Notes: a model not told the origin generated them from the letters alone. A stretch of DNA of 64,000 nt from Planctomycetota bacterium (GCA_038231435.1 JBBRLJ010000026.1:22565-86564); one strand, 5' to 3'. Shown: positions 1-10,500, counted from the stretch's first letter. Translations and numbers: made by a program.

Positions 1-765
1 CTCGGCGGCAAGCCAGCCCTCCAGGGCATCTTCCGTGACGTGACCGAACGCAAGCTCGCCGAGGCCGAGATCACCGCCAAAGCCGCCGAGCTGGCGAGAT
101 CGAACGCGGAGCTGTCGCAGTTCGCATCGATCGCCTCGCATGACCTGCAAGAGCCCTTGCGCATGATCTCCAGCTACATCTCGCTGCTCGAACGGCGGCT
201 CCGGGGCACCCTCGACGACAAGTCCAAGGAATACATGGCGTACATCGGTGACGGCGCCGCGCGGCTCCGTTCGATGATCAAATCGATCCTCTCATATGCG
301 TCCGTCGGCACCAAGCTGAACATCGATGATGTCCCGAGCATCGCCATCCTCCGCGAGGCGTTGGACAACCTCGAGGAGAAGATCACCTCCACACAGGCCG
401 TGATCTCCTTCGATGAGCTGCCTCGGATCAGGGCCGACCGCATGCTGCTCGTCGTCCTGTTCCAGAATCTCATCAGCAATGCCATCAAGTTCTGCCGCGG
501 ACGCACGCCGGCTATCCGGATAACTGCCCGCAGCGAAGACAAGGAAACGATATTCACCATCAGCGACAACGGCATCGGAATCAGACCCGAGGACCGATCC
601 AGGCTGTTCGCCCTGTTCACCCGCCTGCACATGCAGGACGAGTTTCCCGGCACTGGGATCGGATTGGCCACTTGCCTGAAGATCGTCGAGCGCCATGGGG
701 GACGCATCTGGGTCGAATCGACACCCGATGTCGGCTCGATGTTCTCCTTCAGCCTGCCGCGATAG
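1..765 (+). CDS. PAS/PAC sensor histidine kinase, C-terminal part (5' end outside window)
   Basis: Frame is open from base 1 (LGGKPALQGIFRDVTERK, PAC-end motif). H-box ASHDLQEPLR, N-box FQNLISNAIKF, G1 DNGIGI, G2 GTGIGLA. Confidence 0.95.
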   Translation, partial: LGGKPALQGIFRDVTERKLAEAEITAKAAELARSNAELSQFASIASHDLQEPLRMISSYISLLERRLRGTLDDKSKEYMAYIGDGAARLRSMIKSILSYASVGTKLNIDDVPSIAILREALDNLEEKITSTQAVISFDELPRIRADRMLLVVLFQNLISNAIKFCRGRTPAIRITARSEDKETIFTISDNGIGIRPEDRSRLFALFTRLHMQDEFPGTGIGLATCLKIVERHGGRIWVESTPDVGSMFSFSLPR

Positions 766-930
766 CCTGCCGCGATAGACGACCAGCGACACGCGCGATA
801 CATGGCGCGTGATTGGTGAAGCGGCGATCGGCCCTGCTGCGGATCGGTAGACGGTAAAGATCGAAAGACAGCGTCCGCATGGCTGACTGCCGCTCCTGGC
901 TCACTGGGGCGGACGCGTAGGGTCACGGGC

Positions 931-1752
931 ATGCGATTCCCAGGACGCGGGCATGCGGCGATCGGCTTCGGACCATGGCTCACGATGATCGCCATATCCC
1001 TCAGCTTCCTCGGCTGCGGCAGCGATCGAGGCGGTTGGTATGTCCTGAGATGGATCGAGCAGCCGAATGCGCACGGGCCATCGGCGACGGCGAAGCCCGA
1101 GGATGTGTGCGCGTTCGTGCCCTGCGGATGCCATGATCGTGACGCCGGCGCTGTCGCGCGTGATGAGGCCATGGGCGCGCTGCGGGAAGGAGACGTGATC
1201 GCGTACCGCAAGCCGACGTCCGAAGCGCGGCGCGAGATCGCCACCGTGCATCTCAATTCGGTCGGCTACCGCATGCTGAAATACGGCCACCTCGCGATCG
1301 TGGTCAGGGATCCGGACAGGCCCGAGCGACTGTGCCTGTTCTCCAGCGAGAGCTTCAAGGGCCCGAACATCGACGAGGATCTGCCGACGCTGAACGATCA
1401 CGACGGGGACGCGTACCGCCTCGACCGGTGGGATCGCGTGGACAAAGGACGCATCGCGGATTTTGTCCGCCTCGCGCACGCGAAAGCCGGGCATTGGTAC
1501 GGCTATGATTTCTCCGGCATGCTCGGTCTGTGGAACTCGAATCTCACTCCCGAGAAGCCCGACGAGATCGGACACGACTACATCTGCTCCACGGTGGTCG
1601 TGGCGTGCCTGTGGTACGCGGGCGTGCGGCTCGACGCGGTGCGCAGCCAAGTCGGGGATGTGTGTTCGCCGTATCAGGTGGTGCTGAGCCGTGGGGCGCT
1701 GATGCCTCTGCCGCAAGTCGAGTTGGTGGTGGAGAAGACGGTGGGGCGGTGA
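931..1752 (+). CDS. Permuted papain-like amidase (YiiX/YebB-like NlpC/P60), possible lipoprotein
   Basis: LREGDVI, then His motif YGHLAIV, YGYDF and Cys motif YICSTVV (His before Cys). Lipobox-like LSFLGC. Alternative ATG at 985. Confidence 0.75.
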   Translation: MRFPGRGHAAIGFGPWLTMIAISLSFLGCGSDRGGWYVLRWIEQPNAHGPSATAKPEDVCAFVPCGCHDRDAGAVARDEAMGALREGDVIAYRKPTSEARREIATVHLNSVGYRMLKYGHLAIVVRDPDRPERLCLFSSESFKGPNIDEDLPTLNDHDGDAYRLDRWDRVDKGRIADFVRLAHAKAGHWYGYDFSGMLGLWNSNLTPEKPDEIGHDYICSTVVVACLWYAGVRLDAVRSQVGDVCSPYQVVLSRGALMPLPQVELVVEKTVGR

Positions 1753-1850
1753 GGGGCCTGATCATGCTCAGCCGCGATGGTCGCATTCCGCATCCCACGG
1801 ACCTCGGCCCCGCATGGTCCCTCCGCCGCCATCTCGCGCTCGGTTGACCA

Positions 1851-2558
1851 ATGCTCCGCAGATACGCCCTCTATGCATGGATCGTGCTGTGGGCACTCCT
1901 GTCCGGACTCGTGCTCTATCCCATCTCCATCAGCCTCATCCGCGCCTTGATCGTCGTCTGCGTAGTCGCGCTCGCGATACTTCCGATCCTTCTGGCGTGG
2001 CCCTCGCGCCACTGGCGTTACGCAGCGTTCCTGCCTCTGCTGGCGGTCGCGCTGATCGCGGCCTGGCCCGCCGGGTCGGGACCGCGCGCAGCGAGCTACG
2101 CGCGAGCGCTGCGCGCCTACCTGGGCGTGCGCTACCTGTGGGGCGGGGAGAACGGCTTTGGCATCGATTGTTCAGGGCTGCTGCGGCGAGCCTATATCCG
2201 AGCGGCTATCCTCGAAGGGATCCGTGGGTGCGATCCGGGCGAGATCCACAGCGGCTTGGCCGTGTGGTGGCACGACTGCTCGGCACGCGAACTACGTGAT
2301 GGCTATGGCGGCCGCACCTCGATGACCGGCGTTTCCGGACGCATCGATGCGTTCGCGGATGCCGATCTAAGCGTCGGTGACCTCGCCATCACCGCCGATG
2401 GCCGACACTGTCTCGCCTATCTCGGCGATCGCGAATGGATCGAAGCGGATCCGGATGTCAGCCATGTGGTGATCTGCCGCCCCCCGGATGCGACCGTGCG
2501 CTGGCTCTCCGTTCCGGTAACCATGGTGAGATGGACAGGCCTGATTCCGGCGAAGTGA
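1851..2558 (+). CDS. Membrane-anchored NlpC/P60 family cysteine hydrolase
   Basis: Hydrophobic N-terminal helices; YLGVRYLWGG, GIDCSGL, GDL, RHCLAYLG, WIEA in canonical order. Confidence 0.85.
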   Translation: MLRRYALYAWIVLWALLSGLVLYPISISLIRALIVVCVVALAILPILLAWPSRHWRYAAFLPLLAVALIAAWPAGSGPRAASYARALRAYLGVRYLWGGENGFGIDCSGLLRRAYIRAAILEGIRGCDPGEIHSGLAVWWHDCSARELRDGYGGRTSMTGVSGRIDAFADADLSVGDLAITADGRHCLAYLGDREWIEADPDVSHVVICRPPDATVRWLSVPVTMVRWTGLIPAK

Positions 2559-2770
2559 GGACCAGGAAGTCTTGGGCGCGGACCCTGCAATCGCCACGCT
2601 GACGCAGCAGCGTCTTCGAGACGCTGAAGGCCGTGGCGCTGTCCGATGCGGGCGGGATCGCGGGATTTGCTCATGTCCCGAAGCGGTTGAAGACTCCGTC
2701 AGTGCCCCACGGGCCACGCATGGAGGATCCGCACGATCCTGTGCATCCGCACGGGAGTCGATGCGTCCCG

Positions 2771-3247
2771 TCACCCATCCACCAGCCGCCCCGCCTCCTG
2801 CCCTCGGAACCATGCGGCCTCAGGCGAACGCGGATCGATCAGAGTGAAATCCGCGAAGTCGAACCCCGGCGCCACCGTGCATCCGACCAGCACGTGCGAT
2901 GAGATTGGGCGCGCGGCCTGCCACCAGCCGGCCTTCACCACCGCCTGGGGCGTCATGCCCCGAGCTGCCGGGCCCAGGCGATGACGAATGAACGGCGCAC
3001 CGAAGCGTTCGCAGGCGAGCAACTCGAGCTCGCCGCCGTCGTACCAGTGCCAGACCTCGTCGGAGCGCACGCGGTGCCAGCGGCTGACCTCGCCCGCGTC
3101 GAGCAGGAACAGGATCGCCGTCGATGCCGACCTCATCCCGCCGTGCGCGGCCACCATCGACGATGAGCGGAAGGTCTCGATGAAGTGCCCGCCCTCGGGA
3201 TGCGGACGCAGACCGAGACGGGTGATGAGCGCCTTTGCGTCGGACAT
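2771..3247 (-). CDS. Cupin domain protein (DUF985/Cupin_5)
   Basis: LGLRPHPEGGHFIETFRS, SRWHRVRSDEVWHWYDG, LVGCTVAPGFDFADF. Confidence 0.9.
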   Translation of the reverse strand: MSDAKALITRLGLRPHPEGGHFIETFRSSSMVAAHGGMRSASTAILFLLDAGEVSRWHRVRSDEVWHWYDGGELELLACERFGAPFIRHRLGPAARGMTPQAVVKAGWWQAARPISSHVLVGCTVAPGFDFADFTLIDPRSPEAAWFRGQEAGRLVDG

Positions 3248-3261
3248 GCTGGGCTCCGGCC

Positions 3262-4245
3262 CTACCGCAGATCCGCCTTCGCCCAGCCCGCGACCTCGGC
3301 GTCCTCCGATGCTGAAAGCGCGGTGAACTCGGCGCGCGCGGCCGACGGATCAGCGACCATCCCGAGGCCGTCGCGCTGCATCTCGGCCAGGCGCAGGCGC
3401 GCGGCCAGATCGCCGCCCTTTGCCGCGGCCCGATACCAGCGTGCCGCCGATGGCTGGTCGATGCTCGCGCCCTGGCCGAGCTCATCCATGCGTCCGAGCA
3501 CGTGGCTGGCATGCACGGCGTCGGGTGTATTGCAGGCGACGATAGCGCGATACCAGCACCGCGCGCCGAGCAGATCGACGGGGCCGCCGAAGCCTCCCTC
3601 GAGCGCCTCGGCGTAGCGCAGCATGTAGATCGATGGAGCGTTGGCGCGCACGGCATTGTAGAGCAGATCGCGGCCAGAGCTGGCACCGCTGGGCACGAGC
3701 CCGAACACCATCAGGCACCCGAGAGCCGCCTGGGCCTCGGCTTCGCCCTTGTTGCTCCAACGCGTGATGATCTGGATAGCGTCTTTCGCCTCGGGCGATC
3801 CCACCTCTGCTGCATCGATGGTCTTCAACGCCAGCTTGAACGCCCGGTAATCGCGCGTGTCGATCTGGCTCATCTCGCGATGGATGCGTTCGCTGTCGAT
3901 CTGCTCCCTCGCTGCCCGATCAGACTCGGCTCGACGTTCAGCCTCGGCGCGCTCGTGCTGCTCCTGCCGGTACAACTGCTCCGCCTCCTCGGCGCGCTGG
4001 GCGCGCGAACGTTCCGCCGCTTCCTTGTTGCGACTCATCCGGGCGACGTCCTCGTCGCTCAGGCCGTTGCTCGTCATCGGGGCGTTCGGCGTGTTCGGCC
4101 GGGCGATGGCATCGCGGGTCGCCTCGTACTGACGATCGCGCTGCCTCTGCTCGTACTCGCGACTGGTCTCGGCGGCGAGCGGGGCGGACGCGGCGAGCGA
4201 GGCGACGAGGATGCAGGCGATCGGACCCGAGTGGAAGAGCGGCAT
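3262..4245 (-). CDS. Secreted SEL1-like repeat protein
   Basis: Signal peptide, charged coiled region, then Sel1 repeats (AQAALG, ASHVLGRMDELGQG..D...AARWYRAAAKGG). Confidence 0.8.
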   Translation of the reverse strand: MPLFHSGPIACILVASLAASAPLAAETSREYEQRQRDRQYEATRDAIARPNTPNAPMTSNGLSDEDVARMSRNKEAAERSRAQRAEEAEQLYRQEQHERAEAERRAESDRAAREQIDSERIHREMSQIDTRDYRAFKLALKTIDAAEVGSPEAKDAIQIITRWSNKGEAEAQAALGCLMVFGLVPSGASSGRDLLYNAVRANAPSIYMLRYAEALEGGFGGPVDLLGARCWYRAIVACNTPDAVHASHVLGRMDELGQGASIDQPSAARWYRAAAKGGDLAARLRLAEMQRDGLGMVADPSAARAEFTALSASEDAEVAGWAKADLR

Positions 4246-4350
4246 CCCTCAACCCTGCCTGACGACTCGCCGTGGACAACTCGCGAACGGATGAACGATG
4301 CAATCGTTGCCCAGCTTGCCGAGACGCCACGCGCCGGGTAGCGTCGGTGC

Positions 4351-4872
4351 ATGCATCGAGTCCCTCTTCTCGTCCTCGTCCTGGTGATGGGTCTGCACGC
4401 GGGCGGTTGCGGGCGCGATCTGTCACGCATCCATGATCCGCTCGAGCGCGCCGATGTCTTCGTCGAGCGCGACCACAACGCGGACGCCTACTACGAGCGC
4501 GCGGTGATCCGCAACGAACGCGGCATGAAGGATGGCGCCCTGGCCGATAGCGATGCGGCCCTCACCGCCCTGTCTCCGATGGTGCGCAACCCCTGCTACG
4601 ATCTCTACAAACTGCGCGCCGACATCCACAAGGAGCGCGGCGACTTCGCGGCCGCGCTCGCGGATGCGGACGGAATGAGGAGCGAGACACGTGACAGCTC
4701 CGGCTGGCAAGCCACCGAGATCGGCCTGCTGCGCATCGATCTGCTGATCGCGCTCGGGCGATCCCAGGAAGCCGAGGACATCATCGCGCCGATGCTCGCC
4801 TGCGGCCCAGCCAGCCTCAACTTCGGCCTCGGCATGGGGCGATTGGAGAAACTCTATTCCGCGCGCAAGTGA
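4351..4872 (+). CDS. TPR-containing putative lipoprotein
   Basis: Hydrophobic leader ending AGGC; TPR-like NADAYYERA and YKLRADIHKERGDFAAALAD. Confidence 0.65.
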   Translation: MHRVPLLVLVLVMGLHAGGCGRDLSRIHDPLERADVFVERDHNADAYYERAVIRNERGMKDGALADSDAALTALSPMVRNPCYDLYKLRADIHKERGDFAAALADADGMRSETRDSSGWQATEIGLLRIDLLIALGRSQEAEDIIAPMLACGPASLNFGLGMGRLEKLYSARK

Positions 4873-5011
4873 GGCGGGAAAATCCGTTTCCCTGGTTGGC
4901 GTAAGGAACCGCGGTGGAACGGCATGCTGGCGAAACTGCTGGCAGGTGGTGGCTCCTGCGAGCATGTAGTCACACGGGATCAAAGGATCGTGAAGAGGAA
5001 GCCCTCGCGGC

Positions 5012-6421
5012 TCACGGCGCGAAGACCAGGCTCCGCACATGCTCATTCACCGTGAACCTGCCTAAAGCGGTGTCACCGATCGTGTTCCCGTTGAACGTGA
5101 GGTGCCTGATCAGGATGTCCTCGACCAGATGGGTGGGATCCGCGCCGGTCAGCTCGGATGCAGGCATCGTAGCGCCCGTCACCGCGATGTCGCTGAACAC
5201 CACGCCGCGCACGTGCCCGCGCTCGGCATCCTTGCCGAAGACATTCTTGCCGATCCACACCTTGATCAGCTGGTGGCGCACGTCATCGAGCCGTATCCCC
5301 TCGAAGCGGATGTCGCTGATGGTCCCGGAATCGGCCACGAAGACCACCAGCGACGCGACGCCCCAGTCGTGGATCATGTCGCAGTCGGTGAAGCGCACGC
5401 CGCTCGCGTCGGCCTGGGTCTCGTAGGTGACGCCGATGCCGAAATTGCGTTCGTTCCAGATCACGCAGTCCTTCACCAGCACGTTCCCCGCCGCTTGCCT
5501 GCCCTTGAAGCATTTGACGCAGATCTCGTCGTCGTTGGTGCGCATGAAGCAGTGCTCGACCAGCACATCCTGGACGTTCACCAGATTCAGGCCGTCGCTG
5601 TTCTCGCGGTGGCCGATGGCCTTGACGTTGTCGATGTGCGCATGCGTGCTGTTCAGCTGCGGCATGCACCAGCTCGGCGAGTCCTTGATGATGATGCCTT
5701 CCACCTCGACATGGGTGCAATTGACGAATGCGATCGGCGATTTCGACTGCCACGGCAGCCGGCTGCAATCGAGGATGCCCCGCCCGCGCACCGTCGCCTT
5801 GTCGGCGTTCTTGAACACCAGCAGGTTGGCGTAGACCGGATTGCCCGCCCAATTGTGCTCGACGATCGGCTTTTCGCCTGCGCCGAGCCTGGCGCGCACC
5901 ACAGCGCCCCCGGCGATATAGATGGTCTTGCCGCTACCGAAGTCGGGCATGACGCTCAGGTCGTGGATGCCGGGACCGAAATACAGCACATCGGGGTCGT
6001 CCTGGCGGGGCGGATCCACCTCGGGAGGACTCGCGAACAGCAGCAGGGGCCGCTCGGCCCCGTTTATCTCGACGCTCAGGTTTCCCGGCTTGGACAGCGT
6101 GAACGTCACCATCCCGCCGGCCACCCTCGCAACGATGCCGGAGGACGACGGACGCACAGAGACGCTCTGGATCGCTGCCTTGGGCGTGACCTCGACGGTG
6201 ACTGAACCCGAGACATCGAAATACGCGAACGACGCCGGCCCACCATTCAGCACATCGGCCGAATACACGAACACCGGCTTCCCGTCGACGGTGACGGAGT
6301 AGTCCGACGATCCGGGTTCGCCCTCGGGACCTGGATAGGTGGTGACCGCGGCGTCAGCGGCTCCGTGACCGAGCCATCCGCATACGACGATCAGCAGGAT
6401 GAGCGGAGCGGTGCGGGACAT
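5012..6421 (-). CDS. Secreted pectin-lyase-fold glycoside hydrolase (GH28-like)
   Basis: Start moved to MSRTAPL (GGAGG upstream). Signal peptide; YFGPGIH, IYIAGGAVV, GRGILD, NSDG and RTNDD motifs. Confidence 0.8.
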   Translation of the reverse strand: MSRTAPLILLIVVCGWLGHGAADAAVTTYPGPEGEPGSSDYSVTVDGKPVFVYSADVLNGGPASFAYFDVSGSVTVEVTPKAAIQSVSVRPSSSGIVARVAGGMVTFTLSKPGNLSVEINGAERPLLLFASPPEVDPPRQDDPDVLYFGPGIHDLSVMPDFGSGKTIYIAGGAVVRARLGAGEKPIVEHNWAGNPVYANLLVFKNADKATVRGRGILDCSRLPWQSKSPIAFVNCTHVEVEGIIIKDSPSWCMPQLNSTHAHIDNVKAIGHRENSDGLNLVNVQDVLVEHCFMRTNDDEICVKCFKGRQAAGNVLVKDCVIWNERNFGIGVTYETQADASGVRFTDCDMIHDWGVASLVVFVADSGTISDIRFEGIRLDDVRHQLIKVWIGKNVFGKDAERGHVRGVVFSDIAVTGATMPASELTGADPTHLVEDILIRHLTFNGNTIGDTALGRFTVNEHVRSLVFAP

Positions 6422-6552
6422 GGGCGCCTCCGTGGATCGCGCATGAACGGTCGGATCCCACGACGCGCGATCAAGGGCGGCTCCATCGGCTGATCGACCT
6501 GTCGGGACATCGGCAGCCCGTGAACGGCTTCCACGCTCACGAGTTTGCCGTT

Positions 6553-7320
6553 TCACGTCCCGGGCAGGTCCATCCTGCGCGCCACCTCCATGACGATGCC
6601 GTGCATGGTTCCTTCCAACGAACGCTCGACGGGCGAGGTGGCCGCGGCATGGAAGGTGAAGCGCGGCGGCGGATGCTTGCCCAGCTTGATGAGGGCGTCC
6701 ATGCCGACGCTCGCATCGTACGTCGCATGGATGGGATTGCCGTCGACCACCCAGATGGATGCGAGGGTGGGTCCACCGAGAAAATCCAGCCGTCCGCTCT
6801 TCTTGCCCACCTTGAAGAACTGCAGCAGCTCGATGAAACCGTCTCCCGGCACCTCGCCCGAGAAGGTCCCCCCGCCGCTGGCGACGTCCTGCAGTCGCGG
6901 CGCGTGACCGCGGGTCTCGATCGCGCCGAGCTGCGGCGCGACCTCGCCAAGCGTCGACGGATCCACGCCTGGCGGCAACAGGTGGAGCCGGAAGACGTGG
7001 CCGCCGATCTGTAGCTGGAAACCATCATCCAGCTGCATCGGGCCAGAGATCCGCGCGCTGTTGACGAAGACCCCGTTGCGGCTGCCGAGATCGTGGATCT
7101 CCCAGAACGCGTCGGGATTCCACCGCAGCTCGGCGTGCCGCCGCGATACCAGCGCGTCCGGGAGCACGATGTCGACGCCTTCGTCGCGACCGAACACGTA
7201 CAGACGCTCGGGGCGGAGGCGATGAGCGCGCAGCGCGGCAGAGATGAGGTAGTAGTCGATGGTCATCGGTAGCGGTACGTCATTGGTCATTGGTTGATGA
7301 ACCCGATCGTCGTTCTCCAT
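6553..7320 (-). CDS. FHA domain + DUF4388/PATAN-like domain protein
   Basis: FHA motifs FGR, VSRRHA, DLGSRNGVFVN. C-terminal FSGE....FIELLQF.....KSGRL...GNPIHA. Start codon uncertain. Confidence 0.85.
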   Translation of the reverse strand: MENDDRVHQPMTNDVPLPMTIDYYLISAALRAHRLRPERLYVFGRDEGVDIVLPDALVSRRHAELRWNPDAFWEIHDLGSRNGVFVNSARISGPMQLDDGFQLQIGGHVFRLHLLPPGVDPSTLGEVAPQLGAIETRGHAPRLQDVASGGGTFSGEVPGDGFIELLQFFKVGKKSGRLDFLGGPTLASIWVVDGNPIHATYDASVGMDALIKLGKHPPPRFTFHAAATSPVERSLEGTMHGIVMEVARRMDLPGT

Positions 7321-7768
7321 CGGCTACAGGGAAGCACATCCCTGGCGCGGACGCCCACCCCTTCGATAACGTCGCTCGGCCCGCGGGCGCCAATCCCGAC
7401 TTTCACGACTCCGCTGTTCGAGTCGGAGCCGTCAAATTCCCAACCTGTCGGGATTGGTCGAGCCGCCCCGCCGTCGGACGCGTCAGATCATTCGACCCGG
7501 TTTGTAGAAGGTTCGATAACCGAAGTCGGACTCCCATGGCTGTCTATGGTCGCCATTCCTAGGATTGAGCTACCACCACGTGACGAACACCATCCGACCA
7601 ACGCCCAGCTACGCGCATCGCGCTTGGTATCCCTTCAGGAAGCACTAGCGACGCAATCCCCGCTAGATGACTCCTCACAAGCGCGCCCTCGAGATCCACA
7701 TGCCTACTGATATGCCCCCGCAACCGTCACTCTCCGATGCATCACCAGCTCGCGATGACCAACGCTGC

Positions 7769-7885
7769 GGCACCGGCATCGGCCTGGCCACGTGCACGAA
7801 GATCATCGATTTCCACGGCGGCCGCATCTGGGTGGAGTCGACCGAATCGCTCGGCTCGATCTTCTTCTTCTCGCTCCCGAAATAG
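7769..7885 (+). pseudogene. Remnant 3' end of a histidine kinase (HATPase_c)
   Basis: [38 protein letters not shown] aligns with the end of the kinase at 1-765. Upstream in-frame sequence lacks H, N and G1 boxes. Confidence 0.8.
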
Positions 7886-7892
7886 CCGCCGT

Positions 7893-8087
7893 TCAGGTCT
7901 GCACGCAGCTGTCCGGTACCTGCTCGAACATCGAGAAAGACTTGCCGACCTCGCGGGTGAAGGCGGTGAACAGCGCGCGCGCATCGAACTCCGCGCCCGG
8001 GATGGCCTCGCGCACCACCTTCTCGAGAACGCGACGCATGTCGGGGGCGAGGTGGTCGATGATCTTTTCCGGGTTGACGCGCGCCAT
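7893..8087 (-). CDS. Small hypothetical protein (64 aa)
   Basis: MARVNPEKIIDHL... with GGAG upstream and host-like codon usage. Confidence 0.6.
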   Translation of the reverse strand: MARVNPEKIIDHLAPDMRRVLEKVVREAIPGAEFDARALFTAFTREVGKSFSMFEQVPDSCVQT

Positions 8088-8382
8088 GTGGGCTCCGATC
8101 TGGGCAGGTGCGGGTTGGCTGGAACCCGGATCATCGGTGGGGTTCCCAGGCATGCACGTCACTCGGTCGGCAGGGCTGCCGACCCGACAACCTGCGACCA
8201 GTAGCACGGGGGGCTCCTCGAATTGAGGAGCGATTGAGATGCAACGAGCCCTCGCATTACCGCCCAAAGGAGAGTCGCCGGTGCTGAAATCGTCCTAAAG
8301 CCCGAATTGCCCCGCACGCACACCACATTGGCATGGCGTGAGTCGCTCGGCGTTCGCTAGCCTGCCGATCCTCGGAGACCCC

Positions 8383-9216
8383 ATGCACATCCGTTTCCTG
8401 TTGGCGGCTTCGCCCACGGATCTCTTCTCTGCCCCGAGCCTGGCAGTCGAGGACCGCGAGCGCATACCAGAGGTTGGCGATGCCTACGACGACGACGCCG
8501 GCAGCTATCGAGCGGTCAAGGTGCTTCAGGATGTCGATCCCGCCCACGGCAGCACCCTACGCGGAGCGGTGGTCTACATGGTGCGCGTAGACCAGGGGCC
8601 ATCCGCGGCGCTGCGTGGGAAGATTCCACTTTCGGTCCTGCTCAACACCGCGAGTGCCCTGCGCGCCTGCATGGAGCGCGCCGAAGCCGCACGTCGCGGT
8701 GGACGTTCGGAGCAGTATCGCCGCCATATCGAGGAATTCCTCTTTCTCAGCAACACGGTGGCGCGGCTCATCGGGCCGAGATCGGCGCCCGATCCCTTGC
8801 CCTATGTGCCGGTGTACAGCGAGAACACCGGCCTCGTCCGCCTCCTGCGCGAGGGTCTGATCGAAACAAGCTTCGCAGCGCAGGTCGAGGCCGTTCATTC
8901 CCTTCCCACGCTGGCTTGGGTGCTTCAGCGCATGGATCCATCGCGTCCGTCACTGTTCATCGTCACCGAACCGGTCACCCTCCATCGTGGAATAGCGGCG
9001 ATTCGCGCCATCCGCGAGCACGCGCACGGCGCCGACTGCCCGATCCTGGTCCTCGCCCATCAGCAGCGCGCGAGCGATGAGCGATTGGCTCGCGTTGCCG
9101 GGGCCAATGCCTATGCCGAGTTCCCCGCCGCGATCGACCAGTTCCCGAGGCTCGCCGAGCGCATCGTGGCGCTGATCCGTCCGGGCTCGGAGCGGTCGGA
9201 AACGCGGATGGCCTAG
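8383..9216 (+). CDS. Hypothetical protein with C-terminal degenerate receiver domain
   Basis: GGAG before ATG 8383. C-terminal AIRAIRE....DCPILVL.........ARVAGANAY is receiver-like, but the phospho-Asp and Lys are not evident. Confidence 0.65.
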   Translation: MHIRFLLAASPTDLFSAPSLAVEDRERIPEVGDAYDDDAGSYRAVKVLQDVDPAHGSTLRGAVVYMVRVDQGPSAALRGKIPLSVLLNTASALRACMERAEAARRGGRSEQYRRHIEEFLFLSNTVARLIGPRSAPDPLPYVPVYSENTGLVRLLREGLIETSFAAQVEAVHSLPTLAWVLQRMDPSRPSLFIVTEPVTLHRGIAAIRAIREHAHGADCPILVLAHQQRASDERLARVAGANAYAEFPAAIDQFPRLAERIVALIRPGSERSETRMA

Positions 9217-9484
9217 AAGCTGTCCAGGCGTGGCGATCCGGCTTCCGTCTCCGATTGGGCAGACCGTGATCCCGACGGGCTTTGCGCAGCGGACACCCCG
9301 CTTCCCCGATTCGCCACCTGAGCCTGCTCGTAGGCAACGTTCCACAAGCCTGCGTAGCGAGCTGGATCGAGCGGCTTCGCTGGGTTATCGCTGGGATATC
9401 GCATCGAACCTGCATTCGCCAACGCGGTGACGTGTGGTAGTGGTCGTCCCACGATGTACCGTTTGGGATGGCGGAGGCCCCCAG

Positions 9485-9952
9485 ATGAGCACCTCGATCA
9501 CCGACGGCACCGATGACGTCTCCGACATCGCGGATCCCACGGGATTCAACTGCACGCAGATCCTGCTCGCCGACGACAACGCTGGAGACTGCGCGCTGCT
9601 CCAGGAAGCCTTCAGCGAGGCCGGGATCGCCGCGCGCTTCGTCGTGGCCCGCAATGGCATCGAGGCGATGGAGCTTCTGGCCCGAGGCGCTGGAGGCTTC
9701 CACTTGCTGATCCTGGACATAAAGTTGCCGGGCATGAATGGCGCGAACATCCTCGACCATGTGAAGCAGCGCGCGGACCTCGGAGGCCTGGTAACGTACA
9801 TGATGACGCAATCGGATTCGCCCGCCCACCGCGCGCGCTGCAGCGCGGCCGATGGGTACTTCACCAAGGCTCACGATTGGTCCGGGTGCGTCGCGACCGC
9901 GCGCGCCATCGCTGCTCGCTTTAAATCCGGCATGACAGGCCTCACTCCTTGA
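9485..9952 (+). CDS. Single-domain response regulator
   Basis: ILLADDNAGD, LLILDIKLPGMNG, MMT, FTK. GGAGG upstream of ATG 9485. Confidence 0.85.
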   Translation: MSTSITDGTDDVSDIADPTGFNCTQILLADDNAGDCALLQEAFSEAGIAARFVVARNGIEAMELLARGAGGFHLLILDIKLPGMNGANILDHVKQRADLGGLVTYMMTQSDSPAHRARCSAADGYFTKAHDWSGCVATARAIAARFKSGMTGLTP

Positions 9953-10500
9953 CCAACACCACCAACACCCACATCCCCACCATCGTCTACGTCGAGGACA
10001 ACGTCGGCGACGCGCTGCTGCTCGAGGAGGCGCTGCGCGAACGCGGGCATGCCACCCAGCTGCTGGTGATCGAGAAGGGCGACAAGGCGCTGCATTACTT
10101 CCAGATCAAGGAGAGCGCGCGCGATCTGCCGCCGCCGCACTGCATCCTGCTCGACGCGCACCTGCCGATCGTCACCGGCGCGCAGCTGCTGCGTTTCATC
10201 CGCGGCTCGCGGGTCTACGACGACACCCCGGTGTACATCTTCGCGGCCGAGAAGGAGTACCAAGACATCGTCGCTTCGAGAGTGGTCTCGAAGGAGAGCT
10301 TCATCACCAAATCCAAGTCCTGGGCAGGCTTCCTCGAATTGGCGGATCTGCTCATGCGCAGCGCGACGGCAAAGCAGAAAGACGTGGCCGCGTCCCCCAC
10401 CGACTCCAAGCCCGAGGTGCATGCGGAAGGCGACCTCCGCCGCCACGACACCAAGGAGCAGCGCCAGCGGGCCGATACGCCGCCGTCTCCGCAGACCTGA
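9949..10500 (+). CDS. Response regulator receiver protein
   Basis: VYVEDNVGD, ILLDAHLPIVTG, FITK. TTG start overlaps the previous stop (TTGA). Confidence 0.85.
   Translation: MTNTTNTHIPTIVYVEDNVGDALLLEEALRERGHATQLLVIEKGDKALHYFQIKESARDLPPPHCILLDAHLPIVTGAQLLRFIRGSRVYDDTPVYIFAAEKEYQDIVASRVVSKESFITKSKSWAGFLELADLLMRSATAKQKDVAASPTDSKPEVHAEGDLRRHDTKEQRQRADTPPSPQT

Noticed and set aside
2594..2640. Nested hairpin CAGCGTCT-TCG-AGACGCTG as riboswitch or ncRNA
   Set aside because: It lies between convergent gene ends with no recognisable RNA family motif; at most a terminator.
7294..7710. 138-aa plus-strand ORF
   Set aside because: Atypical codon usage, Pro/Ser-rich, overlaps the FHA gene start and has no recognisable motif.
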